From NCBI RefSeq assembly GCF_009914755.1, contig NC_060929.1: a stretch of DNA of 64,000 nucleotides. One strand, 5' to 3'. This document shows, in pieces, positions 61,521-64,000 of this stretch (the stretch's first letter is position 1; the number at the start of each line of letters is the position of its first letter). Position numbers and translations under genes: made by a program. Under the pieces are notes generated by a model. It was not told where the DNA came from. It saw only the letters and a program-made list of their open reading frames with translations, and ran no database searches. This DNA is from the human T2T-CHM13v2.0 reference genome, Homo sapiens.

Positions 61521-63204
61521 GCTATTATATGTAATTCATAACAGGCTATGAGGCGCGCAGTCATTACTACTGCCATATTATAGCTGTTGAGTTAGAATGA
61601 TCAAATAACTTGTCCCAAGCACTTAGCTGGTAAATAATAAACATCACTAGTAAATAGTAAAGAATGTAGAAGTGGTAATTATTTGTATTTTTGTATTTAG
61701 AAGGATTCGTCAATCTTTCTATTTTTCCCTAATGTTGAGCTGATTTCAGCTTCTGCTCATTCTGTTTCTCAGCTGAGATGCTATTAACTTCCATCTCTCT
61801 GCAGCTGCCTCTATCCAAGTATCCAGTTATCACTCACATGTCACACTTTCAGAGAAGACTTTCCTGACCATCAAACTAAAGCAGTCTCTATTGCCCCCCT
61901 CAGTGTAACTGCCTGTAATGTTACCCTGTTTTATATTCTTTACAGAAGGTATCCATTAGCTTGCTTGTTTGGTTGTGGTCTGTCTCCTCTCGCCAGAATA
62001 TAAGCATGGACTTTGGCTTCTTCATCAATGCCTAGAATAGTGCCTGGCACATAGTAGATGCTCAATAATAGAATGATTACTGACTAGTAACAATTCTCTC
62101 ACCACCTGTCTGAGCCTTCTGACCATGACCTCATTTTACTTCTCTTATAAATCCTTTTTAATCAATTAGTCTTTCTTCAGATCCATCAGAAAACAATCAA
62201 AAAGTTGGGATAAATATTGCTGATCTCTTGATTTATATATTCTACCCCCCGCCCTCACCCCTCGCTTCCCAATTCCTCTCTCCTGCACATTTACAAGGCT
62301 AACAGGACAGTACGATCAGACACGATTTCTCCTCTCCTGAAGGCTGGTGCTAAACTGTAAGGCTTAACGAGATTCCCATTGCTCTTACTCATTGGAACTG
62401 TCACGCTGTGGCTGAACCAATATTGGGAGTCATATTGTACATCGAAGTTCATTTTGTTCCCACGCTATTGTACCTGCAAGTGGAGTCTCTGTCACGTTTG
62501 TTTTAATACCAGGGTTCCAGAGGGAAAATGCCAACTGAATTCATTACTAAAATAAATTGAAACTACATGAGTAGGCTGAAATGGAAGAGATTTCTAAGAC
62601 ACTTTAACTTCTGAAACTCGGGGTCCAGTCATAAACGACAACCTCTGAAACACATGCCACCTCTCATTGGAAGCTAAGAGTCTCTTGGCCAGGACCAGAG
62701 ACCAGTCTGACCTTTGCGAATCTGCATTACCCTTCCCCATTAACCAACAAAAAGGGACCTTCTTGCCCAGAGACTTTCTTTTTCCTTCTTCCCAGTAATT
62801 TCCCCACTGTTCATAAAAATAATGAGAGCATTAATAGTAATATAATTATATACCAACTGTTAACCTTTTAAAATGATTCATAATTATAATGAATAAGTAT
62901 ATACTTATAATAGTATAAGTATAGCTACTTCTACTTTGTATATACTTTCGTAGTACATATGATTACATACTATCCACTATTTCAATGTCTGAGATACAGT
63001 AGTGACACATAGCTGTACCTCCTATCTGCACTGTCATGGGGAAGACAACATAAAAGATATATAAATCAATGAATTATACATTGTGGTAAGTGCTATGAAG
63101 AAAACTCATACAGGGTTGAGACTGAAGGAGGAAATCTACTTTAGATGAAGCAGATAAGATTTAAGCTAAAATCAAAGGGTAGATAAGAAGGGGAACTATG
63201 TGAA

Positions 63205-63228
63205 GTGTGTGTGTGTGTGTGTGTGTGT
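63205..63228. repeat. (GT)n microsatellite
   Basis: Read directly. Confidence 0.9.
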
Positions 63229-64000
63229 ACCCGTGCATGCACGCACATGTGTGTACAACTACAGGCACATCCCCACTCTGTGGATGAGGACGCCAAGGCC
63301 CTGAAAAGTTAAATTTCTTGCCCAAGATCACTCCCATGTTATGAGGCAGGGCTTCTTTTGTATTTTTTTTTTTGGAAGCAAATTTAAATGTGTCATTTAC
63401 TTTTATTTTCATTTTTAAAAAGGGGTTATATTATTTTTATTGAAAATACTTAATTGGCGAATTAAAATTTTATATGTTCAAGGTGTACAGCGTGATGATT
63501 TGGTATATGTTGTGTACTGATCACCACAAATTAATGAACACATCTATCAGCACCTCGAGTTAACATTTTAGGAACTAGTTTGGTCAAACTCTGAATTACA
63601 CACCCTTTCCACAGTTCTATGCTGTTTCTTGCTTAAATCAGAGAAGATAGAGGACTGGTGCTTAGTCGGAGAAAGAGGTCAGGTGTCACGGTCTGGCGTC
63701 CCCTGTGCATTGCAGTGATGGCTGAGCAAGGTTCCCAGGGCAGCTGCAGTTGCAGCTATGGGTCTGCAGAGTGGAAAAGGCTCTTGCTCTGCCACAGAGG
63801 GAGAAGGGGTGAAAGGTACTGAAATGAAAGGAAAGCATCAAAGCTGAGAACACTACTTGTAGAAAATGTGGCTGACAAGTGGTCCAAGAAAATATCTAGG
63901 AGATGAAAACTTTGGAAGAACTGACCCGAAGCCAAGACAGATGAACTTGAGTCCCCAAATTCACACTTCCTTTGGGTCCACTGAGCAGGTGGAACTCAGA

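Overview
Human (primate) genomic DNA, AT-rich and repeat-dense. It contains one recognisable protein-coding gene, GRXCR2 (glutaredoxin and cysteine-rich domain containing 2, the hair-cell stereocilia/deafness gene DFNB101), on the minus strand. Three coding exons (25299-24964, 19059-18832, 12241-12059) have canonical GT-AG, phase-0 junctions and give a 248-aa protein with a C-terminal 4x CxxC cluster. Upstream (right half) is a LINE-1 pile-up. It holds an L1PA6-like element with a 5'UTR deletion, and a full-length L1PA4-like element nested (11-bp TSD) in the endonuclease region of an older L1PA15/16-like element that also carries an MSTA LTR and an Alu. Many Alus, MaLR LTRs, L2/MIR relics and microsatellites fill the rest. 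Nearly all other ORFs in the track are repeat-derived or chance. I see no demonstrable new biological system. The best leads are: an open L1 ORF0 with a phase-0 donor pointing at GRXCR2; a uORF/acceptor overlapping the GRXCR2 start; a possible gene-conversion tract between the two L1PA elements; a CpG-rich island inside ancient repeats; and several mutational-mechanism footprints. Repeat subfamily names come from recalled consensus features, and boundaries of old repeats are approximate.
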